DNA of 64,000 nucleotides from Lama guanicoe. Its lineage: Eukaryota. The stretch is taken from positions 1,037,146-1,101,145 of the forward strand of contig MU054400.1 of the NCBI GenBank assembly GCA_013239625.1, written 5' to 3'. A model generated the notes under the pieces. The model worked only from the letters and a program-made list of their open reading frames with translations. It had not been told where the DNA came from and did no database searches. The translations under genes and the position numbers were made by a program. This document shows, piece after piece, positions 35,290 through 47,189 of this stretch; position 1 is the first letter of the stretch, and each line of letters begins with the position of its first letter.

Positions 35290-36258
35290 CATGCTCCCTG
35301 ATTTCAAATTATACTACAAGTTCACAGTAATCAAAGCAGAATGGTACTGGCACAAAGACAGTACCAAAGACACATAGATCAATGCAATAAATCAATAAAT
35401 AGTGTTGGGAAAGTTGTACAATTACGTGCAAAAGAATCAAATAGGACCAGTCTCACACAGAGTGGAAAAAATAAATTCAAAGTGGACTAAAGACTTAAAT
35501 ATAAGAACTGAAACTATAAAACTTCTACAGGAAAACATAAATAGTATGTTCTTTGACAAATGGTCTTAGTAATATTTTTTTTGATATGTTTCCTCAGGCA
35601 AGGGAAACAAAATAGAAAATAAATGGGACTACATCAGACTAAAAGGCTTTTGCCCAGTGAAAGAAACTATCAACAAAATGAAAAGGCAGCCTATTGAATG
35701 GGAAAAAGTGTTTTCAAATAATATATCTGATAAGAGGTTAATATCCAAAATATGGAAAGAACTCATACCACTCAACATCACAAAAACAATCTGATTAAAA
35801 AATGAGCAGAGGACTTGAATAGACATTTTTCCAAAGAAGACATACAGTTCTTTGAAGACACATGAAAATATGCCCAACATCACTAATCATTGGGGAAATG
35901 AAAATCAAAACCACAATGAGGTACTATCTCCCACCTGTCAGATGGGTACTGTCAAAAAGATAACAAATAATAAGTATTGGTGAGGATGTAGAGAAAAGAA
36001 AACCCTCATGCACTATTAGTGGGAATGTAAGTTGGTACAGCCACTATGGAAAACAGCATGGAGGTTCCTCAAAAAATTAAAAATAGAAATGTCATATGAT
36101 TCAGCAATTCCACTTGGGTATTTTTCCAAAGAAAATGAACACTAACTTGAAAAGACATATGTACCCCAATGTTCATTACAGCCTTATTTACAACAGCCTA
36201 GATATGAGAGCAACCTAAGTGTCCACCAATGGTTGAATGGGTAAAGAAGTTGTGTGCT

Positions 36259-36325
<67 letters not shown>

Positions 36326-36400
36326 AATATTAGTCAGCCGTAAAAAAGAATGACATCTTGCCATTTGCAACAACATGAATGAACCTAGTAACGTAAGGAA
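35290..36400 (+). mobile_element. L1 ORF2 3' fragment containing a (CT)n(CA)n microsatellite at 36257-36322
   Basis: CCTGATTTCAAATTATACTACAAG...ATCAAAACCACAATGAG...GTACAGCCACTATGGAAAACAG. Confidence 0.9.
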
Positions 36401-39400
36401 GTTAGAAGTTTTGATTGGAAAAAGGGTATGTAAGGCATCTGTGATTCCCACATTGAAGACTTCCTCCAAATATCCTTTTACAGAAAGAAAGAAAGCTTCC
36501 CAGAAAGAGTGGGTTTCCTCTATTCCCTACCAATTCAATTGTACAGAGAATGCCATACCCTCTGCCCACTGTGACCAAGATGTACCTGTCCACTGCTTGG
36601 CCAGATGTGTACTGCCTCACTGTGCTCTGGGGAGAGCCTCTGAGGAAGAAAATGGTTCCCAGACTTAGAGCTGTTTCACTGATAGCTGGAATAAGCAGGG
36701 AAGGCATGAGGTCCTAGGTTCAGTCCCCAGCACCTCCATTAAATAAATAGATGGATAAACCTGTCAACTTATTTTACTTACCATGATACCCTCCAGGTCC
36801 ATGCATGTTGTTGCAAATGTCATGAACTCCACCACTGAGATATACCCTTCCTCCTAATAATACATTATTTTTAATCTCTCTTGCAGCTGGGTGTGACAAT
36901 GTGACTACATTCTGGACAGAAGGGAAGTGAGCCAAAGTGATGTTAGCAACTCTCAGGTCACACCTTTAATAGGAATATGCACGCCCTTCTCGTTCTCTCT
37001 TTGGGACGTATGTAATAATGGTGAGTCAACATTGACTCTACGGATGAGTGTATCACCATGAGTGGACAATAAGATTTTAGAACTGAGTCCCAGGAAGACC
37101 TTGGGTAACAGAGCCTCTGAGCAGCCCTGCGCAGTCTACTAGTTCAGAGTTTGTCTAGGAAAGAAACAGAGCTTCTACCTTATTAAGCCACTGACATGTT
37201 TGTCTCCATCTAGTCAATATCTTAATAAAGCAGGAAGAAGAAAGGCAAAGAGGGTGTGAAATCTACTTAGAAAACCAAACTCTTTTTTCTTTCTTCTCTC
37301 TTTTTTCTTCTTTTTCCCTCTTCTAATCTAGGCTTCGTTTCCTATAGTTATTAATGAATGCACAGACAAACACACACACTTGCTCTTCTATGTCCCATTG
37401 GTTCCAGATATTTTAGCTCTTGACATATCAACAGATATATATTCTATGTTTCTTTATAGGGTATTATAAACATTGTTTTGGTCTTCCCGGTATCCATGCT
37501 TTAGGTAACAGAATCCTGATTTTACTTTTAATTTCAGTTCATGTGGTTTAGCCTGGGGCTGACCCAGCCATTTGACTCTAGGGTTGATACATAATATAGC
37601 TCTGACCAAAGCCGGAAGTGTTGGGAAAAAAAGCTTTCATAATGCTAGAGTTACTACACTAAAAGTATATAAAGCTGGAGCTACTGGGATCAGTCTGCCA
37701 TCCCATGGGGGGAGTCTATCTAAGAATAAAGTCAACACTGAGGAAAACAGAACCTCGAGATAGATGCCAAGCCTGATAAATTTGCCTGGGAAACTGCTGC
37801 AGTTTGAGAAGAGTTTCTGTCACTTGCAACCAAACAAGTTTTTTTTTTTTTTTTTTTTTTTAACCAAAAAAATTTTGACATCCACAGGGGATATCAGAAC
37901 CATTTGTCAGCTCTCTAAGTGACACTTTGGCAGATGTTATGCCAACCCAGATGTTTCTTTAAAAATTTACTTATGTTCCCCATCTTATTCCAGAAAGCAC
38001 TATTGGTCCCTTCTGGTAAGAAGATTTCTTTTTGTGTTCTGTCCATTTTTCTGTGTAGGAAAAAGGGTACCAACTAGAAATTAGAGTTCTCAATCCTCCA
38101 GAGTACCTCCACCACTTCCTAACAGTGAGACCCTGAACAAATCAAGGGAATATACCTGAACCTTGGTTTTCTTATCTGTCAGTTGGATGTATGATTACAT
38201 ACATGCTAATGGATCATACTGAGGATCACGTAAGGTCACATATGTAAACTGTAAAATGCTTTAAACATATTAAGAATTATTGCAAAATGGACTTCCAGGA
38301 TGCAGGAAATCCCACTTCCTTTCCATAGCCTGATTATGTTGTGAACTTTGGGGTAGGGTAGAAAGGCCACATCTTCCTCCAAAGATTCTGCTAGTTTTCA
38401 CTTTCCTTGGGAGCATGATTATTTTCCCACATCCTAGCCAGCACTGAGTATTATCAATGTTTAAAATCTTTGCTAGTCTGATAAAAGCAACTCATTGTTA
38501 CATTTTAGCCTTGTGAATGGTGATTTCCAGGCAGCCGGAAATATTTTTTTTAACAAGTCTCCCAAACCAGCATCCTAAAGCCTGCACAGAGAGCAGAGCA
38601 GCAGTGGCTTTTCTCCTGCCTTGGTGTTTCAGCTGACTGCTCAGCATGGTAGTTGGATAAAACAGTTGGCCAGAGGCTTTTACAAGCTGTTGTGGCAACA
38701 CAAAAGGACATGTTCACTTCTGCCTTATTTGTTGTGTGAATGAGTGAACACATGCCCCAGTGAACCTGCTAAATCATGGTCAAATGATCCACATCTCTTC
38801 AAATCCACTTCAGTCCATGCTTGGTATCTTCTGAAATCATTGCATGATTCATTTCTTCCAGGAGTTAATGTCTATGGTGAGGGACCTATTCATACATTTA
38901 AACTATAAAATAATGATTAGGGGAAAAGATGGATAAAATTATATTCTATTTTATTTTATAACTTTATGCCTTTCAAAACACTATCACAGCACTATTCTGC
39001 TTGAGCCTTTCAAAAACCCTGAGAAGTAGACAATGTCATCCCCATTCTACAGAGGAGGAATTGGAGGCTCAGAGAGGTAAGGCAACTTGCAAAAGCAACA
39101 CAGTGAATAGACTGTATTCAGAGGTAGGACTAAAGCCATATCAACTGCCACCCAATCCAACAGTTTTTCCCCTGTATCACACTATTAGGGATGTTGTTCA
39201 CCTCCTGAAATGGTGAGATCAGTACTCACAAAGGCCCATTACACTTTAGGAAGTTCCTTCTAGGCACAGGCAGCTTTGGTAAGGTCATTTGTCCCTCTGG
39301 TCCTTTGTAAAGCCCCCTTTCCTTGGCCAGAGCCAAGGGGTATCTCTTACACCAGATTCTGTACACCTACCACCATGAATGTATAGTCAGTGCTAGTGAC

Positions 39401-39814
39401 AAAGGGTACACTCATCTTTCACAACTAGTTAAGGATTGGGGGGTAGAATCAAGATGTAATCACTATCCCAGGCTCCCTAGTCAAGTTGTAACATTACTGA
39501 GTGTATTGATAGTGAAATTTTTCTACTATTAATAGGAATTCAGCTAAAACAACCAGCAAGAACCAATAAGAGACATTTTTAGCTACAGCCAAGAGATCAT
39601 ATTTCAGCCAGTTCTCCTAATTATATGAGCCAGATGGGAGAGAGTGGGGACCAGAAGAAGAGACAAAGGATGAATTATGATTCAGGAAGTTGCAAAAGAG
39701 GAAGATGAGAAACCCTAGTGCTTCTGGAAAGAAATGTAAAGATATAGCACTTTACCCAAGCAAAAATTCAGGAGCATTTCAACTTCCTTCCTCCCTCCCT
39801 TCCTTCTTTCTTTC

Positions 39815-40020
39815 TTTTTTTTTTGTTGGGGGGTGCAGGGGGAGATAATCAGGTTCATTTATTTGTTTAGTATTATTTTTATTTATTTATTTTTGTTTTT
39901 TTCATTCTCTTTTTTATTTAGTATTATTTTTAATGGAAGTACTGGGGAACTGGAGACTGAACCCAGGACCTTGTGCATGCTAAGCACGCAATCTACCACT
40001 GAGCTATACCCTCTCCCCTC
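39815..40020 (-). mobile_element. Vic-1-like SINE; its head is duplicated at ~40084-40203
   Basis: GAACCCAGGACCTTGTGCATGCTAAGCACGCAATCTACCACTGAGCTATACCC. Confidence 0.88.
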
Positions 40021-43000
40021 TCTCCTTTCCTTTTTTTTTTTTTAAACAGGTCTGGCTGTAAGGGAATTTAATTTCCTTAATATTTCATTCTCTTTTTTAT
40101 TTAGTATTATTTTTAATGGAAGTACTGGGGAACTGGAGACTGAACCCAGGACCTTGTGCATGCTAAGCACGCAATCTACCACTGAGCTATACCCTCTCCC
40201 CTCTCTCCTTTCCTTTTTTTTTTTTTAACCAGTCTGGCTGTACAGGAATTTAATTTCCCTAATTATTTGGAACACCACTGTGCCCTGCTTAGACGCATAA
40301 GCCCCTGCTCTGGCTAAGGAACCTCGTGCTAACTTGGCCAGTCCTCTGTTTCTCCAGCCTTCCCCACTCCCCATTCCCTACCATCTGGCTATGGGATCAC
40401 TTTTGTCAGAGAATAGGGCTGGGGGATGGAGCTCTAGGCAGAAATCGTTCCCACCCAGCTGTGCCCCAATGCCCTGGGGACTGGCAAATATCAAGGGGAC
40501 CATTTGACATCAGCTCACTTTTGGCCACTAACCAATATCAAAGAGCTGCTTCTGGGTGGAAACCTACTCTGGCTGAAGGAGTGTTTTTCCCCTTTCATGG
40601 CAACTTCTGCACCTTTATCTCCCTTTTGCAGACCTAAGTTCAAGGCTGAGTCATCAGAGTGAGCATGGGAATATCTTTTCTACACATAAATACGGGTTAA
40701 TGACATTATAGCCAAATTCTAGTAACAATAATATACGATCTGGTTAAAAGGTATTCTCAATAATGAAAAATCATGCGAAAAATGGATTTTTCAGATTCCT
40801 ACTTACCATTGAGAATGAGACTGTGGGTTGTTTGGAAAGAGGAGAAAGTTGACTTAAATTATTCCTCTTTTTTTTTTTAATCCATTGAGCAGCAGTTTCC
40901 CTTCAACTTCATCTACTCCTCTCTACTCTCCCAAGAATATGGGGAAGAAAGAAAATAGAGCTAAAGATGAGGGCAAGAGAGGTAGAAAAGAAAAGTTGCC
41001 TCAAAGGGTGGCTGCTCTTCCTACCAGCTTTTCTTTCTTGTATCTCACTTGTCATTCTACCTCGCCATTTCTTGGATTGATCTGCAGCCCTCCTCCCTAC
41101 CCCTCACCCTTCCAGAGCCCCCTTCTTTACTGGAATAAGTTAAGCCTCTTAGATCAGAGTCTGGTTGGTCCCGGCACAAGTTCCATTAAGTGAGCTCTTG
41201 CTCTTCCCTCTGTCTGGGTTTTACAAGAACTTCATTGTGTTTCTGAATGTGATGCATCTAGGGAATCAGCATGAGCTCAGAGGTGGTTTTTTTTTCTAGC
41301 CTGTCTCATAATTTAGAAATGCTTCTCCTTTTCCTGGGAAACCTCAAACCCGGAGTCACAATCACAAGAGTTCTAAGCACCTGACAGCTAGGCTATTCCT
41401 GGGAGTCAGAAGGTACAGGGAGGGGTAAGGAGGCCCTGAGGGCTGAGGACCCAAGGTCTGAAGCACTCTGTAGAATTCTTTGCAATGTTAACTTCAGGGA
41501 ATAGTTCTAGGAAGTGAGTTGGACAACACAAAATTTAGCTCTTTGCTTAACACAGAACTCAACTCTTTTCCTTTCCAGTGGAAACAGAAATCAGAGTTAG
41601 AGGGGAGATAAGCAAATCTGACTTCCTTATTATGTAGACGAGGAAACTGAGACCACCTCCTTTTACCAAGAGTGGCTGGCAAAGTGATGGTCCTCCAGCC
41701 TCAGTGCAAAAAGTGCCAGAGAGCCCCAGATGGGTAGTGCTATGTAGTGGTTTGGAGCACCAGTCTGGGGGTCAGGAAGACTAGAGTTTGAAAGTCCTGG
41801 GCAATAACTTCTGCTCGGGAAGTCTGTTCCCTTCACTGTAAATTGTGGTAAATAATATTATCTGCCTTATGGAACTATTAAGAGAATTAAATGCAAAGAA
41901 GGATACAAACACTATGCTTAGAACATTTTTTTTCTTTTTACATTTACTTACATTTACTCATTTATTATAAGGATACAACTCAGGAGAAATAGCCAAACAG
42001 AAGAGATGTCTAGGGCAAGGAATGGGGATGGAGGGAGTAGCAGGGAATTTCCATTTCCTTTCAGGTGACACCCACCTCCTAGCACTCTCACCATTTAAAT
42101 GTGTTCATCAACCTGGAGGCTCTGTGTTAAGCAGTGTTATACTTAATCTCCATCTCCCCTCCCATCCTTGGGTGATCTGGTTGGAGTTGAAAGTTTAAAC
42201 CTCTAATCATTGGTCTTTTTGGTGTCCAGCCCAACCTGTGACTATCCTGGAGCCCCCTGCTCTCTGCACCCTAAATCACTTCATTAGTATAAACTCCTGT
42301 GTGATGGAGGGGCTAGTTATGTGTAACAAATAGTATTCCTAACATTCAAAAAATTTCAAGGGTTTTAGGACTTCTGAGCCAGGAACTGGTGACAAAGATC
42401 AAAAGTTTGGCTTGTGTAACATTAGCTTGTTAAAGCCATACAATTTTAAATTTGTAGTTTCTTGGGAGAGCTGAGGTACTTGTGCCTTTGAGGCTCTGAG
42501 CTGCTCCACTAGCCTGGCTGAACTTTCTCTGGATCCACAGGGAGTGGGCAGTCACTGAGTCTTCAGAGCAATAAAACCTACACCACTTCCCACATCCATC
42601 TCCCCCTCCATCCTAGGCAGGGCTCCTTACCCTATACACCCTCCAACCCACTCTTCCCTGCCCCTCTCCTCCTACCCCTTCCTGCCTAAGCCCCAGCCCT
42701 CTCTTCCTTCATCTCGGGGCCCATCTTACAGAAAATTGAGAAGACTTTTTATCCTAAATTTGAGATCCAGCCTTGGTCTTGGTCCCAGACTTAAGCTGTC
42801 ACCACATGTATATCATTGTGTCAGCGACCCCTCCCTCAACTCCAGACTAGAGATTCTAGCTGCCTCTATGTCCCCTGTACTTTGGGATTTCAGAAAGAGC
42901 AGGTCTGAAATCCAGCTCCTAATCTCTCCCTGAAATTTGCTGCCCACGCCAGTTTTTCCATCTCAACTCTTCCAGATGTTCATCAAAAAAAAAAAAAAAA

Positions 43001-44059
43001 AAGGATTGTCCTTCACTCAGTTTATCAGGAATCTTATTACTTATATTCCTTCTGTAGCCACTGCTCTGCTCTAGAGACCAGCATCATTCTTTGGAGTCTT
43101 TGGCAGTTGGCTTCTCACAGGTCTCATTGCCTCACCTTCATCACCCACTTATCTGTTCCTCCTGGAGCAGCCTCTGAAATATTTTAGGACTGTAACTTGG
43201 ATCGTGTTTCTCTTTTATTCACAACCCTCCAAGACTCCTCACATCCTCAGGCTGACTCCCAAGATGCTCAGGCTGCATCACAGGTGTGCCCCCTTCTCAC
43301 ATGCTCTGCTCCCCTGCAGATGGGAGTCACGCTGCAGGTTTGCAACTGCTCCTGGCTTAGGCGCACCTCCAAAGCTTTACAGGCTCCTGCCCCTCACCTG
43401 TAACACTCTTCCACACTTCATCACACTGTCTGTCTGTGGGGTTCAGGCAGGTGAGGGTCCAGAGAACACACGCTTACAAGGGTTGGGTCCATCAGCATGT
43501 CTGTGGCCAGAGCTGGGCTTGGAATAATAAAGCAATAAATGATAAACTGCAAAGACCTCTGTCAAGAGATCCTGGGAGCAGGTCACCCGGGCTCAGATCT
43601 GCTCCTGTGCAGTGGGGATGCTGCCTCCTCTTGCTCTCCTGCTCGAGTTACCACTGGTAGCCTGAGATCTGGAGCCAATGAACCCATGGCTGTAATCAAA
43701 ACCAGCCAAAACATTGCCACATTAAAGCCTTGCTTAGAACATATTAAGCATTTGAAAAATGGCTAGTATTATGTGTTTCACTACATCATGCTTTTTTTTT
43801 TCCTTCATTTTCTTCATCTTCTAATTAATGACAGAAGGAACAAAGAAAATAGAAGGCCACTCACTTACAATGGAGTTCTGGCTGCTCTGCAAACCTGTTA
43901 GCTGGGATATCCAAGCCAAGTAGGAGCCTCAGAGCAAATAATTACTTCTTTCTACTGTCGGGAAAACTGAGGAAGAGTAGAAATTTAATCCTCTACCTCA
44001 TGGAACAGCATGGTGTAACAGGAAGACCATGGGCTTTGAAAGTAGGATTTTAAAAAAGT

Positions 44060-44240
44060 GTTTTTTTAATTTTTAAATTTTTTGTGGGGGGAGGTAATTA
44101 GGGTTTTTTTTAATTTTATTTATTTTGGGGGTAGGTAATTAGGTTTACTTATTTATTTTTAAAGCAGGTACTGGGGATTGAACCCAGGACCTTGTGTATG
44201 CTAAGCATGCACTCTACCACTGAGCTATCCCCTTACCCCT
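44060..44240 (-). mobile_element. Vic-1-like SINE with duplicated tail module
   Basis: SINE head plus two GGTAATTAGG tail motifs. Confidence 0.88.
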
Positions 44241-44392
44241 AATATCTGTCCTTTAGAGACTGGCTTATTTTACTTACCATAATGTCTTCAAGGTTCATCC
44301 ATGTTGTAGTATGTGTAAGAATTTCCTTTATTTTTAAGGCTGAATAATATTCCTTTAACCATTTTTAAGTATGCTATTTTTCCTTCATTTTT

Positions 44393-44800
44393 TAAAACAT
44401 TTTTTTATTGAGTTACAGTCATTTTACAATGTTGTGTCAAATTCCAGTGTAAAGCACAATTTTTCAGTTATACATGAGCATACATATATGTCACTTTTTT
44501 TTCGCTGTGAGCTACTATAAGATCTTGTATATATTTCCCTGTGCTATACAGTGTAATCTTGTTTATCTAGTCTACATTTTGGAATCCCAGTCTGTCCCTT
44601 CCCTTCCCCTACCCCCTTGGCAACCACAAGTTTGTATTCTATGTCTATGAGTCTGTTTCTGTTTTGTATTTATTTATTTTTTTAGATTCCATATATGTGT
44701 GATCTTATATGGTATTTTTCTTTCTCTTTCTGGCTTACTTCACTAAGAATGACATTCTCCAGGAGCATCCATGTTGCTGCAAATGGCGTTACGTTGTCGG
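44393..44800 (-). mobile_element. Younger 5'-truncated L1 with a 15-bp TSD
   Basis: TSD TTTTCCTTCATTTTT at 44378-44392 and 44801-44815. Body is L1 3'UTR. Confidence 0.9.
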
Positions 44801-45349
44801 TTTTCCTTCATTTTTGACAGTTTTTTTTTTTTTCTGTGAGTAGAGAATTCTGGCTTTTTGATCATCAAATCCTTGTCTGGCTTACATAATTTCAGATGAG
44901 AAGTCTTTAATTTTTCTTATATTTGTTCCTGTGCATTTTCTTTCTCTTCTTTTTTTCCCAGTATTTTATTTTATTTTTAAATTTTTTTCATTTTTCAGTT
45001 TTATTAGGTAGAATTGTTACAATCTGACAGTATATATACAATATATCACATGTCAACACATATATAAAATGTATTGCATATTAAAAAAATTTACATATAG
45101 TACTGTTGATTGTTTCTAAGAAGAGTTTAGAGCTTTAGTTTTTTAAAGGAATAAAGCCAACTACAAAATAATGCAGTAATCCAATCACAAAGGATAGTCA
45201 AATGTGCTTACATATATTCAAGAAATCAATCATCTAAGTTATAAATAATAGGTAATTCATTTGTGTCCTTTCTTTTAAGATTCCATATGTAAGTGATATT
45301 ATATGGCATTTTTCTTTCTCTTTTCAGCTCTCTTTTCTTTTTTTCCCCT

Positions 45350-46290
45350 GATTGCCTTTAAGATTTTTCTCTCTATTATTATTTTTCAGTAATATGCCTT
45401 GGTGTGGTTTGTCTTTATCCTGATTGGGGATTATTGAACTTTCTAGACCTACAGGTAGTTTTTCAGGAAATTGGGAAAATATGGACATAATTTATTCAAA
45501 AAATGTTCCTGACTCCTCCTTCTGGATCTCCAATTACATATATGTTAGAACTAGATATTGTCTCACAGAGCAGTGAAGCTCTGTTCATCCCCCCTCCCCC
45601 GCCCCAGTCTTTTTTCCCTTGTGTTTTATTCTGGATCATTTCTATTGCTATGACTTGTTTCACTGATCTTCCCTTTTTTATAGTATCTAGTCTGCTATTA
45701 CGATCATCCAGTAAGATTTTATGAATGTTGTAGTTTTCATCTCTAGAAGTAACATTTTCTTCTTCTTTTATGTCTTCCATCTCTCTCCATTATGTTCACA
45801 CTTTTCTTTAAACATTCGAGCATACATACATTATTTATAATCATTCTTTTAAAGTCCTTGCTTGTTAATTCCATCATCTGTTTCTAATTGATTATTTTTC
45901 CTGGTTCTGGGTCACATTTTTCTATTTCTCTGAATGTCTTGCAGTTAAAAAAATTTCATGCCAGAGATTGTGAATGTTACATTGTTGGGAGTCTGGATTT
46001 TATTTTATTTTTTTCCCTTTATATTGCATTGAATTTTGTTTTGGCTTTCTATTAAATTACCTTCAGAACTTGATCCTTTCGAGGCTTACTTTTAACTTTG
46101 TTAGGGCAGGTCTAGAGTAGCCTTTACTCTGGGGCTAGTTCTGTCCCACTTTAAGGTGAGATCTTTTGGGGGTCTCTAGTAAATTCTTTAGCTGTCCAGT
46201 GGGATCTCTCCTCTCTGTCTGGTTGGAAACTGAACTTCCTCCAGCCCTGTGTGAGCTCTGGGACATGTCCAGCTGACAGTTCTCTTACAG
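45350..46290 (-). mobile_element. Old L1M 5'/ORF1 fragment
   Basis: ORF 45496-45780 (LDDRNSRLDT...IAIEMIQNKTQ...NIYVIGDPEG) resembles the L1 ORF1p coiled coil. Confidence 0.8.
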
Positions 46291-46292
46291 TT

Positions 46293-47025
46293 TGACAAAG
46301 ACTCTCTTTGATTAAACTCTAACCAGGCTCCTCTGAGCCCTCTTCTTGTTTAGGACTCAACTTTGGCCTATAAAAACTATAGATTCTCAGCACAAATTAT
46401 TTTGTTCGGCCCCTCCCCCCCACATTAAAAGTCTTTAACAAACACATTGTTTCTAACAGCTCAAGACTGCTTCCTTAGAATAACCCTCCTTAAAGTGCTT
46501 TCCTGAGAAAGCTCAAGGTTATCGAAAGAATGTATTGTTTGTTCTATCCAACAGCTGACAATAGGCCCTGACCACCCCTTCCTAGAGCATTTACTAAAAA
46601 GAGCTTACAATTGTGAATCTGTCTTGTGTCCCTTTGAGATGTACCTGTGTCTCTTATAACTCCAAAGTGTCTTTCTCAAGGACCATTCCTTTGGAATGTA
46701 ATCATCAGGAAGGATAAAGCTTTCCTAGTCTCTGTGGAACATAGACTCCTGACTTAGATGAATGCCAGCTGACAGACATAGTTGGCTTAATTGGTATTTA
46801 CACTGGCCAACCCTTTGTAATTTTTCGGTTCCTGGAGTCTGCTCAGACCTCTACCTTTTCCCTTGCCTACCCCCTCATTCTTTTTAAAAAAATGCCCAGT
46901 CACCCCGTACCAATCAAAGTTGAGTTAAGTTCATGCTGGACTCTCTTCCCTATTGCAATAGTACATTACAGATTAAAATTTGTCCTTACCTCTTTAGCTA
47001 GTGCCCCACTTGTTTAGCTTTGACA
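46293..47025 (+). mobile_element. Solo ERV1 LTR (MER31/MER67-like)
   Basis: TGACAAAGACTCTCTTTGATTAAACTCTAACCAGGCTCCTCTGAGCCC...CTATTGCAATAG...ATTAAA...CTTTGACA, with TG...CA ends. Confidence 0.72.
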
Positions 47026-47189
47026 AGGTATTTAGCCCTTTGCAATTTCACCCTACTCACATGCAGCTTAGTATGTATTCAGCATTAGATTTAATGGGAC
47101 CGCTATGCATATTTCTGAGTCTCTTTTTTCAAGTTGCTTTTGATAGTTAAGTGCTGCCATCTGGCCTCTATTAATTTTGAGATCCTGTC

